Below, piece by piece: positions 17,513 through 26,351 of a stretch of DNA of 49,971 bases. This stretch comes from Gemmatimonadota bacterium (lineage in GTDB: Bacteria; Latescibacterota; UBA2968; UBA8231). Below the pieces are notes generated by a model. That model made no database searches. It had not been told where the DNA came from and saw only the letters and a program-made list of their open reading frames with translations. The stretch lies in NCBI GenBank assembly GCA_038128265.1, contig JAYPJE010000031.1, positions 1 to 49,971 of the forward strand. The letters are read 5' to 3'. The first letter of the stretch is position 1. Each line of letters opens with the position of its first letter. Position numbers and translations under genes: made by a program.

Positions 17513-18376
17513 ATGCGACTCGGCGTCTGCGGTATGATTCCCAGCGAATTTGTTGAAACGGGCGCGCACGACTTAGAGGCAATACGGGCGCTGGGCCTCA
17601 GCGGAGCCGCGTTCCACTACGCCGGCGACAAGCTAGCCCAACTCAGCGCCGACGATCTGCGCGGCGTGCGCCAGACCTTTGTCGACGCCGAGATGGACCT
17701 CGTGCAGTTTGGCATTGGCTTTGGCGAGTGCCTTTTCGATCCGAGCGCCGAGGTGCGTCAGCGCGTCATCGATAAAATTGAGCGCGGCATCGAAACGGCG
17801 CGCCAGCTCGATGCCATGGGATGCCTCATTCGCACCGGCAGCCTCAATCCGGCTGGATCCTACGTGCCGGACCGGGCCAACCGAACGCCAGAAGCGCGTG
17901 CACAGCTAGTGGATACGCTCAAAAAAGTTGCTGCCAAAGCCGAAGCCGAAGGCGTCGACGTCGTCATTGAAACGCACGTGCTGACGATTATGGGGTCGCC
18001 CGAAATCAATAGAGATGTGTTGGCAGACGTCGGCTCGGCGCGCATGAGCGTTGTTATGGACTACGTCAACCACTTTCAAAATCTCGACCAGGTCTACGAT
18101 AGCACAGCCCGGCTCGAGCATATTTTTGCCATTATGAATCCTATTTCCGTGCTCGGTCACTGCAAGGATATCAAGATGAGTCCCGGGCTAGTGCTACACA
18201 TCGACGAAGAAGTGCCCGGCGACGGCGAACTCGATGTGGCGACGGCGCTGCGTCTGTGGCATGAGGCCCATCCCGACGGATATATGCTGCTCGAGCATTT
18301 GCCCAACGAGCGCTATCCGCACGCGGCGGCCAACACGCTGAAGATCATAAGGGAGAACGGCATTCCGCTGCACTAG
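17513..18376 (+). CDS. Sugar phosphate isomerase/epimerase family TIM-barrel protein (xylose isomerase-like)
   Basis: Metal ligands in IETH, MDYVNH, HCKD and LLEH; PGDGELD; AAGGA RBS. Confidence 0.85.
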   Translation: MRLGVCGMIPSEFVETGAHDLEAIRALGLSGAAFHYAGDKLAQLSADDLRGVRQTFVDAEMDLVQFGIGFGECLFDPSAEVRQRVIDKIERGIETARQLDAMGCLIRTGSLNPAGSYVPDRANRTPEARAQLVDTLKKVAAKAEAEGVDVVIETHVLTIMGSPEINRDVLADVGSARMSVVMDYVNHFQNLDQVYDSTARLEHIFAIMNPISVLGHCKDIKMSPGLVLHIDEEVPGDGELDVATALRLWHEAHPDGYMLLEHLPNERYPHAAANTLKIIRENGIPLH

Positions 18377-18431
18377 CGGCGAAAGCTCTTTCTAGGTGGA
18401 AGTAGAACGCCGCACTTGGAAGTCCCCAAGT

Positions 18432-18467
18432 GGCCCGGACCAGCCAAATTGGTCCGGGCCCTTTTTT
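18432..18467 (+). terminator. Intrinsic terminator
   Basis: GGCCCGGACCA-gccaaat-TGGTCCGGGCC (11-bp stem) followed by CTTTTTT. Confidence 0.8.
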
Positions 18468-18575
18468 ATCCCATCTACGCGGACCAGTGCGTCGTATAGA
18501 CGATGATTCTCTTGCTGCGCTGCGGTCCATGTACTACTCTATGGGTCGAACGCACACGCACTGAAGGGGAGCGCC

Positions 18576-19589
18576 ATGCACTATCGCACGATGGGTCGCA
18601 CCGGCCTAAAAGTTTCGGAAGTTTGTCTTGGCACCATGACCTTTGGCCACGGAACCGACGAAGCGGAGTCGAGGAAAATCGTCGACTTGGCGTTTGAAGC
18701 CGGCATCAACTTTTTCGACACGGCCAATACCTACGGCGACGGCGAGTCGGAAGTCCTGCTGGGCAAAGCGCTCAAAGGCCGTCGCCGAGAGGCCGTCGTC
18801 GCCACCAAATTTTTCAATCCGTTTGGCCCCGGTCCCAACGATTCAGGTATGTCGCGGGTGCACATCATGAACGCCGTCGAAGATTCCCTGCGCCGCTTGG
18901 GGACGGATCACCTCGATCTGTATTACATCCACCACGTCGACACGCAGACTCCGCTCGAAGAGATGCTGCGCGCACTCGATGACCTGGTGCGCCAGGGCAA
19001 GGTGCGTTACACCGCCTGTTCCAACTACGAGGCATGGCGTCTGATGGAGGCGCTGTGGATTAGCGACTCGGAGGGCTGGACGCGCTTTGACTGCTACCAG
19101 CCGCAGTACAGCTTGGTCGTGCGCGATATCGAGGAAGAACTGATTCCCGTATGTCAGCTCAAAGGCCTGGGTGTGGTGGTGTGGAGTCCGCTAGGCGGTG
19201 GGTTCCTCTCCGGCAAGTACCGGCCGGGCGAGCGCTCGGTGGCCGGCAGTCGCTCCGAAGAGGGCTGGGCCTATCCACAGCGCTACTTTGCGCCCAGCGC
19301 CGACGATTCGCTGGCAGCCCTGCTCGAGGTGGCCGAGGTGATGGAACGCTCGCCGGCGCAGATTGCCCTGCGCTGGGTGCTGGAACAGCCGGCTATCACT
19401 TCGGTGATTATCGGTGCGCGTACCGTCGAACAGGCGCGCGACAATATGCTAGCGGGTTCGTTTGCGCTGGAGGGCGAACACCTGCAGCGCCTGAACGCCG
19501 TCTCTGAACTGCCGCCGCGCTACCCGCGCGCGATGGAAGAGAATATGCACGAGCGGCGTAACGACGCCGTCGATATGCCGTCGCTGTAG
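18576..19589 (+). CDS. Aldo/keto reductase
   Basis: GRTGLKVSEVCLGTMTFG, FFDTANTY, VATK, SLRRLGTDHLDLYYIH, QPQYSL and WSPLGGG. Confidence 0.95.
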   Translation: MHYRTMGRTGLKVSEVCLGTMTFGHGTDEAESRKIVDLAFEAGINFFDTANTYGDGESEVLLGKALKGRRREAVVATKFFNPFGPGPNDSGMSRVHIMNAVEDSLRRLGTDHLDLYYIHHVDTQTPLEEMLRALDDLVRQGKVRYTACSNYEAWRLMEALWISDSEGWTRFDCYQPQYSLVVRDIEEELIPVCQLKGLGVVVWSPLGGGFLSGKYRPGERSVAGSRSEEGWAYPQRYFAPSADDSLAALLEVAEVMERSPAQIALRWVLEQPAITSVIIGARTVEQARDNMLAGSFALEGEHLQRLNAVSELPPRYPRAMEENMHERRNDAVDMPSL

Positions 19590-19596
19590 GAGCGTT

Positions 19597-20358
19597 ATGC
19601 GACTGGCCAACAAGGTTGCCCTTGTAACGGGTGCTGGCTCGGGCATCGGGGCCGCCTCGGCCCGTCACATGGCCGGGGAGGGAGCTGCCGTGGCGCTGGT
19701 TGGCATTCCCGCTGACGGTGTAGAGGAGGGCGCTGCGGCGCTGCGGCGCGATGGCTATCGGGCGGTGGCCATTTCCACCGATGTAGCCGACGCAGGGCAG
19801 GTCGAGTCGGCCGTGCAACAAACCGTTGAGGCCTTCGGCCGTCTCGATATTGCCGTGGCCTCTGCTGCCGTGCAGTATCACGATCGCGATCACACGCTGC
19901 ACGCGCTCGACGAAGCGGTATGGGACGAAACCCATGCCATTAACGTTCGCGGAGTGATGCTGACGTGCAAGCACGCCGTAGCGCAGATGCTGGCTCAGGG
20001 CGAAGGTGGATCGCTGATTATTATTTCTTCTGTTACGGCGATGGACGGGGCCTCGCCCAACGTGTCGTATCTGACGGGGAAACACGGTTTGCTTGGTCTC
20101 AACCGACACATTGGACGGCACTATGGCGCACGCGGGATTCGCTGCAACTGCATTTGCCCCGGTGCGCTGGAGAAGACGCCCAACCACGACATCCACCCCG
20201 ACCCCGAGGGACGCGCCGCTCGGCTCAAAGCGTCTATACCGCTGGGCAGGACCGGCACGCCGGAGGACATTGCTCCGTGGGTGACCTTTCTGGCCTCAGA
20301 CGAGGCGCGCTACGCCAACGGGGCGCACTTTCTGGTCGACGGCGGACTGAGCGCCTAA
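19597..20358 (+). CDS. SDR-family oxidoreductase
   Basis: VTGAGSGIG, FGRLD, YxxxK (YLTGK), GIRCNCICPG and LVDGG. Confidence 0.93.
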   Translation: MRLANKVALVTGAGSGIGAASARHMAGEGAAVALVGIPADGVEEGAAALRRDGYRAVAISTDVADAGQVESAVQQTVEAFGRLDIAVASAAVQYHDRDHTLHALDEAVWDETHAINVRGVMLTCKHAVAQMLAQGEGGSLIIISSVTAMDGASPNVSYLTGKHGLLGLNRHIGRHYGARGIRCNCICPGALEKTPNHDIHPDPEGRAARLKASIPLGRTGTPEDIAPWVTFLASDEARYANGAHFLVDGGLSA

Positions 20359-20469
20359 TGGTCAAACGGCGCCAACGGATAGATGCATACGGTGGCCCCA
20401 GCGCGCTATTGCGTGGCCTGTCAACGCGCGTACCTTGATAGTATGGACCCTTTCAAATCCTCGGTGAAT

Positions 20470-21600
20470 ATGCGTTTGTTCGGTGGGCTGCGTCTTGTTG
20501 TCTTGTGCGCGATTGCCTTTTGCACCGCAGCGGGCTGCGGCAGCGTCGATGAAACGCCTACCGCTTCGGGCGACGCCGTTCCCACGCCCGAGAATCCAGC
20601 GACGGCGACGACGAACTATCCGGGCGGGGCGCTGCGCGAGCAGTACCAGTATTTCTTGCAGGACGACGAATCCATTTGGCACGGGGCATACAGCGCTTTT
20701 TACGAAGACGGCGCTGTCGAAGTGACCGGTTTTTACGCCCACGGGCAACGAGATAGCACGTGGGCTTTTTTTGATGCGACGGGTCGCAAGACGCTGCAGC
20801 ACACGTGGAATAGAGGTCGGCGCTGGAGCGGTCCGTTTATTCTATACTGGCCCAACGGACAAATCAGCGAGTATGGTTTTTATCGCGAGGGGCTCTGGCA
20901 CGGTGCCTATACCAGCTACTTTCAGAGCGGCCAAGTCGAGATTCGCACCCAGTATCTGGACGACCAACTGCACGGCACCTACATCGAGTTTTACGAGACG
21001 GGGACGCGCAAGCTGGTCGGTTCGTATGACAATGGATTCAAAAGCGGCCTGTGGACCCACTACGACGAGGCCGGCATTGTCACGCTGCGCGAACGCTACG
21101 AAAGCGGCCAGCTGCAGCAGGTGGAGCAGACGCGGGTCGAGACCTATGAAGACGGCACCATAAAGTCTACTGCTCCGCTAACCGATGGCGATATCGACGG
21201 TGTCTACAGCGAGTATTGGCCCAACGGTGCGCGCAAAGAGGAGACGGTCTACGTGCGTGGAATTCGCCACGGCGAGAGCGTGATATACTGGGATAACGGC
21301 GTCGTGCGCGAGACGGGGATCAACAGCAACGGTCGCAAGCAGGGCGTTTGGCAGACATTTACGCGCACGGGCGAGCTCTCCATTCGCGCCTCCTACGCTC
21401 AGGGACTGCTCAGCGGTTCTTACACATCGTACTATCCCAGCGGTCAAATCCAGTGGGAAGGGACCTACAGTCGCAACCTCAAAAACGGCACGTGGACCAA
21501 CTATTCCTCTTCCGGGCAAAAGCGCCTGGTGCAGTTTTGGGTCGCCAATCGCTTGACCAGCGGAATTGATTGCCGCGCCGATGCCGAAGCCTGCGAATAG
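20470..21600 (+). CDS. MORN-variant repeat lipoprotein (YwqK-like repeats)
   Basis: Signal peptide ending in AAGC lipobox; many ~24-aa repeats of the form G.W..Y..NG....G.Y..G; start at MRLFGG assumed. Confidence 0.8.
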   Translation: MRLFGGLRLVVLCAIAFCTAAGCGSVDETPTASGDAVPTPENPATATTNYPGGALREQYQYFLQDDESIWHGAYSAFYEDGAVEVTGFYAHGQRDSTWAFFDATGRKTLQHTWNRGRRWSGPFILYWPNGQISEYGFYREGLWHGAYTSYFQSGQVEIRTQYLDDQLHGTYIEFYETGTRKLVGSYDNGFKSGLWTHYDEAGIVTLRERYESGQLQQVEQTRVETYEDGTIKSTAPLTDGDIDGVYSEYWPNGARKEETVYVRGIRHGESVIYWDNGVVRETGINSNGRKQGVWQTFTRTGELSIRASYAQGLLSGSYTSYYPSGQIQWEGTYSRNLKNGTWTNYSSSGQKRLVQFWVANRLTSGIDCRADAEACE

Positions 21601-21656
21601 GGGGGTGCGCCCGCACGGCCATCCGCTTTTATCCAATACATTGAGAAAACGCATCT

Positions 21657-23012
21657 ATGCGTGAGGCTATGCGCGCTAAAACGGGTGAGCTACACGTTCA
21701 CATCGGTGGGTGTTTAACGGCAGAAGATCTGTTTGAGTTGGGGCGCGATGCGTTTGAGCAGATCGACTGGACGCTCTTTGTAGACAGCTTTGAGAAAGCC
21801 TACGGTGAGCGGCCGGATCCCGCTGCGATCTATCGCCGTGGTCTTGACGGCAGCGGCGCTGACGCGCTGCGTCCCTACTGCGTATACGGCGCAGAAGAAG
21901 GCGGTGACTTTGCGCGTTTTCAAGCGAAGTTCAATTTCAGCATCTGCGTATTTCGCCACTGGTGGCACGTTCTTTCCCGCGAAGGAGAAGTGCTGACGCG
22001 GATTTTTGAACAGCACCGACGCGAGGGCGTGCGCTACGTAGAATACCGAGCGATGGCGCCCTTTGGCGCAGAAAACCCCGAGGGATTTATTGATTTCCAT
22101 GCGACGATGGCTCATGCCATAGGCAAGGCGTGCGGTGACGGCTTTACGGCGCGTTACCTGATTAGCTTGCCGCGCTGGCAGCCGCTGGAATCGTACGCGC
22201 TGGTGCGTCGATTGCTAGCCGAACGCGCCGATTTGCAGGAAGTCGTCGTCGGGCTCGATCTCTGCTATGTTGAAGAGGGCTATCCCCCGGAGTCGACGCG
22301 GTCCTTTTTTCGCCAACTGCACGATGACAATGCCGCACAGCCGGCCTACCCGCTCGAAGTCGCCTATCACGTTGGCGAAGTGTTTTTTGATAAATCGCTG
22401 GAGAGCGCCGTGCGCTGGTGCCACGAGGCGGCCGAGCTAGGAGCCGCACGCCTGGGTCACTGCACCGCGCTCGGATTGGACCCGGGCAGCGCGGTGGCGC
22501 GTCAGCCCGCGGCGCATACGAGCGAAAGGGCATCCGAGCGCGTGGCGCAGATTGACTACGATCTGCGCTATCTCGACGCGCTGCGCGCCTATGGCGTCGC
22601 CGTCGACGGCGATCGGTTAAGAGCCGAACGGAGTGCGCTGGCTGCGCGTCCGGAGCAAATGCATTGCCGTCCCTATGCGCAGGAGCGCTTGGAGGACGTG
22701 CGCCTGCGCCAATCCTTCGTACTCGACCAACTGGCCGAACGGGCGGTTGTCGTCGAAACCTGCCCCACCTCCAATCTGCGCATTGGCGCCGTGCCTTCAG
22801 CCGATGTACATCCGGTGCAGCGCTTTCTCCAGTCTCGCGTGCCGCTGGTGATAGGTGCCGACGATCCCGGCGTCTTTGGCTGCACGTTGGGAAGCGAGGT
22901 CGACTGGGTGCTCGAGTATGGGGGCCTGGAACGGGAAGCGCTGGATGCGCGCCTGGGCGACCCGCTGCGCCATCGCTTTGGCAGGCGTGGCCGAACCCAA
23001 TCGCCGGATTAG
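21657..23012 (+). CDS. Adenosine deaminase-family metallohydrolase with a large insertion
   Basis: ELHVHIGG, YVEYR, YHVGE, RLGH, ETCPTSN and GADDPGVF motifs. Confidence 0.85.
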   Translation: MREAMRAKTGELHVHIGGCLTAEDLFELGRDAFEQIDWTLFVDSFEKAYGERPDPAAIYRRGLDGSGADALRPYCVYGAEEGGDFARFQAKFNFSICVFRHWWHVLSREGEVLTRIFEQHRREGVRYVEYRAMAPFGAENPEGFIDFHATMAHAIGKACGDGFTARYLISLPRWQPLESYALVRRLLAERADLQEVVVGLDLCYVEEGYPPESTRSFFRQLHDDNAAQPAYPLEVAYHVGEVFFDKSLESAVRWCHEAAELGAARLGHCTALGLDPGSAVARQPAAHTSERASERVAQIDYDLRYLDALRAYGVAVDGDRLRAERSALAARPEQMHCRPYAQERLEDVRLRQSFVLDQLAERAVVVETCPTSNLRIGAVPSADVHPVQRFLQSRVPLVIGADDPGVFGCTLGSEVDWVLEYGGLEREALDARLGDPLRHRFGRRGRTQSPD

Positions 23013-23085
23013 ATACCATCTACTGCTGGACAGATGCCGGCGCATTTGGCTTATTGTCGCCCGTACTCCTTCCGCGAGGTGTCCG

Positions 23086-24240
23086 ATGAAAATAGTCGAT
23101 ATAAATGTCATACCGTTTAGCGTTCCGCGCCGTCCCTTTCACGCCGGCAAACTGCTGCCCGAGACGACCATTACCCAGACGCTGACGAAGGTCGTTACCG
23201 ACGAGGGAGCCGAGGGCTACTACTTCGGCGGTTCGGGGCACGGCGATATGGATGGGATGTCACCGGAGCAGCGCGCCGTGCTCGAGGGACGCCTGAAAAA
23301 TCTCGTCGTCGGCCACGATCCCTTTGACCGCGAAAAGTTTTGGCACTGGATGTGGACGGCGCATACCATACCCGAAAACTTGATGAGCGTGCTCGACATG
23401 GCGCTGTGGGATTTGCAGGCGCGCCTATTTGGCGTGCCGCTCTACAAACTGCTGGGTGGCTGTCGCGACAAGGTGAAGGCCTACGCCAGTACCTATCCCA
23501 ATATGGGCAGCCCACAGGAGTATGCCGATCACGCCGCCGCCTGTCAGCAAGAAGGCTATACGCACTACAAGATACACCCCTACTATTTTTGGGATCCGGA
23601 GACGGGCAAGCCCGATCCCGGGCGGCCTTCGCATATCAAGCAGGACATCGAGGTGTGTCGGCTGGTGCGCGATGCCGTCGGTCCCGACATGGTTCTCAGC
23701 TACGATCCATGGGGAACTTACCGCACCTACGAAGAGGCCTATAAGGTCGGTCGCGTGCTTGAAGAGCTCGATTTTTACTGGTATGAGCACCCGATGCCCG
23801 AATACCGCGTCGCTCCTTATGAGAAGCTGTGCAGCGAGCTGGAGATTCCCATTCTCTCGCCGGAAATTGTCAACGGCAGCATCTACTCGCGCGCCGACTG
23901 GATCCTGCGCGGCGCGTCCGACATGACGCGCATCGACGTGCTGCGCGGCGGCGTGACGGGCGTGAAAAAGATGGCGGCTATCGCCGAGGCATACGGAATC
24001 AAGTGCGAAGTGCATATGAGCGGCTTTGCCAACTTGCAGCTGCTCGGCTCGACCAGCGAAGATGTCTGCGAGTACTACGAGCGCGGATTGGTTGCCCCCG
24101 GCATCGACTGCAACGATCCGCCGCCCTACCTGAACGCCTTGGGCGATCCACTCGACGCAGAGGGCTACGTGCATCTATCATCGCTGCCGGGCATGGGCTA
24201 CGACATCAACTGGGATTATATAAGGGATCATCAGGTATAG
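23086..24240 (+). CDS. Mandelate racemase/muconate lactonizing enzyme (enolase superfamily), likely an acid-sugar dehydratase
   Basis: DMALWDL, LYKLLGG, KAYAST, YKIH, and metal ligands in YDP, WYEHP and SPE; GAGG RBS before the ATG at 23086. Confidence 0.9.
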   Translation: MKIVDINVIPFSVPRRPFHAGKLLPETTITQTLTKVVTDEGAEGYYFGGSGHGDMDGMSPEQRAVLEGRLKNLVVGHDPFDREKFWHWMWTAHTIPENLMSVLDMALWDLQARLFGVPLYKLLGGCRDKVKAYASTYPNMGSPQEYADHAAACQQEGYTHYKIHPYYFWDPETGKPDPGRPSHIKQDIEVCRLVRDAVGPDMVLSYDPWGTYRTYEEAYKVGRVLEELDFYWYEHPMPEYRVAPYEKLCSELEIPILSPEIVNGSIYSRADWILRGASDMTRIDVLRGGVTGVKKMAAIAEAYGIKCEVHMSGFANLQLLGSTSEDVCEYYERGLVAPGIDCNDPPPYLNALGDPLDAEGYVHLSSLPGMGYDINWDYIRDHQV

Positions 24241-24310
24241 CGGCACGCGCGTTCGGGCACTATCTGTCGGGCCGTCCCTTTTACATGCATATCTCAACCA
24301 GGAGGAACCT

Positions 24311-25099
24311 ATGGCGCGCATTGGCATCGTCGGCTTTGGCTATCTCGGCTCGTTTATATACGAACAGATTCGCACGCGCCCCGAGTTGGGGTTGGACATT
24401 GCCTTTGTCTACAACCGCTCACCGGCGCGTCTGCAGGCGGTTGCGCCCGAACACATCCTTGGCGATCTGGCTACTTTCGCCGAACGCGATCCCGACTTGG
24501 TCGTCGAATTGGCGCATCCCGATATCAGTCGCCAGCACGGCGATGCCTTCTTGGCCAGGGCTGACTACATGCCGCTCTCGCTCACCTGTTTGGCCGATGC
24601 CCAGCTGGAACAGCGCCTGCTCGACACGGCGCGCAGCAGTGGAACGCGCCTGTGCGTGCCGCACGGTGCCGTCATCGGGCTGGATGCGCTCAGCGAGGGG
24701 CGCACGATGTGGGATGACGTGTCCATCACTATGAAAAAGCCGCCGCGCAGCATCGATTTTTCTGACTGTCCCGACTACAGCGCCGAAGACATAGAGGGTG
24801 AAACTGTGCTCTACGATGGGCCAACGCGCCAGGTTTGCACGCTGTTTCCGCGCAACGTCAATTCGCATGCGGCCACGGCACTGGCCGGCATTGGCTTTGA
24901 GCGCACGCGATCGGTATTAGTGGCCGATCCGCAGCTCGACGTATCGCTGATCGAGCTCAGTGCGCGCGGTCAGGGCGTGGAAATAGACATTCGGCGCGCC
25001 AACCCGATGCAGGGGGTCAGCGGCGTGTTAACGCTGATGTCGAGTCTGGCCAGTATTGGCCGAGCTAGCAGTCCGCGCGACCCCCTTTTTATTTGTTAG
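24311..25099 (+). CDS. Aspartate dehydrogenase-domain protein (Rossmann + DUF108)
   Basis: IGIVGFGYLG, DLVVELA, GAVIGLDAL, MKKPP, LYDGP..FPRNVNSHAA.ALAGIGF and LVADP; AGGAGG RBS. Confidence 0.85.
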   Translation: MARIGIVGFGYLGSFIYEQIRTRPELGLDIAFVYNRSPARLQAVAPEHILGDLATFAERDPDLVVELAHPDISRQHGDAFLARADYMPLSLTCLADAQLEQRLLDTARSSGTRLCVPHGAVIGLDALSEGRTMWDDVSITMKKPPRSIDFSDCPDYSAEDIEGETVLYDGPTRQVCTLFPRNVNSHAATALAGIGFERTRSVLVADPQLDVSLIELSARGQGVEIDIRRANPMQGVSGVLTLMSSLASIGRASSPRDPLFIC

Positions 25100-25144
25100 C
25101 CGATGGATGGCACGAGCGCAGTATAAACGCATGGAGAAGACGGC

Positions 25145-26239
25145 ATGCACATACAGCCCGATATACTAACGCTGTGCGATGGCTCGACGGCGACGGCTCA
25201 GCAGTGGCCGCGCCGCCGAGCCGAGCTGTTCGATGCAATCGTTCCCCACCAATACGGCGGCATGCCGCCACAGGTCGAGGGAGTCGAATTGGTCGAATAT
25301 TGTTCCAATAGAATCCGCGATTGGGATGGGGTGACGTATGCCACCTACGAAGTGCGTTCGGCCTTTGCTGGTGGGGAAGAGCACAGCCTGATGCTGTCTC
25401 TGTGGATACCGCCCGGCAAGGGCCCTTTTCCCGTTGTGCTATGCGGGGATGGGTGTTGGCGCATGTTCAACGACGACGTCGTGCGCCAGGTGCTGGCCCG
25501 GGGCAATATAGCCGCCTCATTTGATCGCACGATCGCCGCTGCTGACAATAAAGAGCGCTTTCGAGAAACGGGTCTCTATCGGCTGTTTCCCGAAGCCGAA
25601 TTTGGGGCGCTGTCGGCCTGGGCATGGGCCTACCATCGCTGCGTCGACGCGCTGCTGCAGATACCGCGCGTGCGAGCCGATGCCATTGCTATTACCGGGC
25701 ATTCGCGCGGCGGCAAAACAGTGCTGCTGGCTGGGGCAACCGACGAGCGGATTGCGCTGGTCAACCCCAACAATTCCGGCATTGGCGGCGCCGGACTCAA
25801 CCGCTGGAAGGGGTCTGGGTCCGAGACCGTCGACAGCTTTTTTCATTCGGGCAATATTTTTTGGTTTGCCGCGCCCTTTGCCGAGCACCGTCACCGGGAC
25901 GGCGCGCTGCCGTACGATCAGCACTTTATGCATGCGCTAATTGCGCCGCGCCCGCTCCTGCTAACAGAGGCGTACGAAGATCGCGCTACCAATCCGCCGG
26001 GCACCTATGCCGCTTGTCGGGCGGCACGCGGCGCCTACGAACTGCTCGGCGCGCCGGATCGCATTGGCTGGGCGTTCCGCGAGGGGGGGCACGCGCACAG
26101 CGCAACAGACTTTGCCGCGCTGCTAGATTTTATGGATCGGCACCTGCACCAGCGCACCGTGTCGCGCAACTTTCAGCGTGCGCTATTTCCGGACCTGGAT
26201 TCGATTCTGCTGCCGGTGGAAGATAGCTCTGAGCAGTAG
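25145..26239 (+). CDS. CE15-family (glucuronoyl esterase-like) carbohydrate esterase
   Basis: GALSAWAW, GHSRGGK nucleophile motif, SGIGG, LPYDQH...ALIAPRP and GGH. Confidence 0.82.
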   Translation: MHIQPDILTLCDGSTATAQQWPRRRAELFDAIVPHQYGGMPPQVEGVELVEYCSNRIRDWDGVTYATYEVRSAFAGGEEHSLMLSLWIPPGKGPFPVVLCGDGCWRMFNDDVVRQVLARGNIAASFDRTIAAADNKERFRETGLYRLFPEAEFGALSAWAWAYHRCVDALLQIPRVRADAIAITGHSRGGKTVLLAGATDERIALVNPNNSGIGGAGLNRWKGSGSETVDSFFHSGNIFWFAAPFAEHRHRDGALPYDQHFMHALIAPRPLLLTEAYEDRATNPPGTYAACRAARGAYELLGAPDRIGWAFREGGHAHSATDFAALLDFMDRHLHQRTVSRNFQRALFPDLDSILLPVEDSSEQ

Positions 26240-26351
26240 AGGGACCTTGGCTGAACGGAGACAGACGCGCGCGTTTGACTGCTGCGAGGTGCGCTGTTCT
26301 GCTAATAATTAGACGGCTGTGATGACATGCGAAGCGCGCAGTGATACCCAC

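Noticed and set aside
20470..23012. YwqJ/YwqK toxin-immunity pair or RADAR defence system
   Set aside because: The deaminase is a TIM-barrel Add-family enzyme without a secretion domain, the repeat protein is an exported lipoprotein, and there is no RdrA ATPase
19408..24734. Long alternative-frame ORFs (19408-20196, 22162-23019, 23425-24174, 23829-24734)
   Set aside because: They overlap well-supported genes and have Arg/Ala/Pro-rich, motif-free translations typical of shadow ORFs in GC-rich DNA
24311..25099. Assignment as nadX
   Set aside because: Lacks the NPKTS motif and the nadA/nadC context
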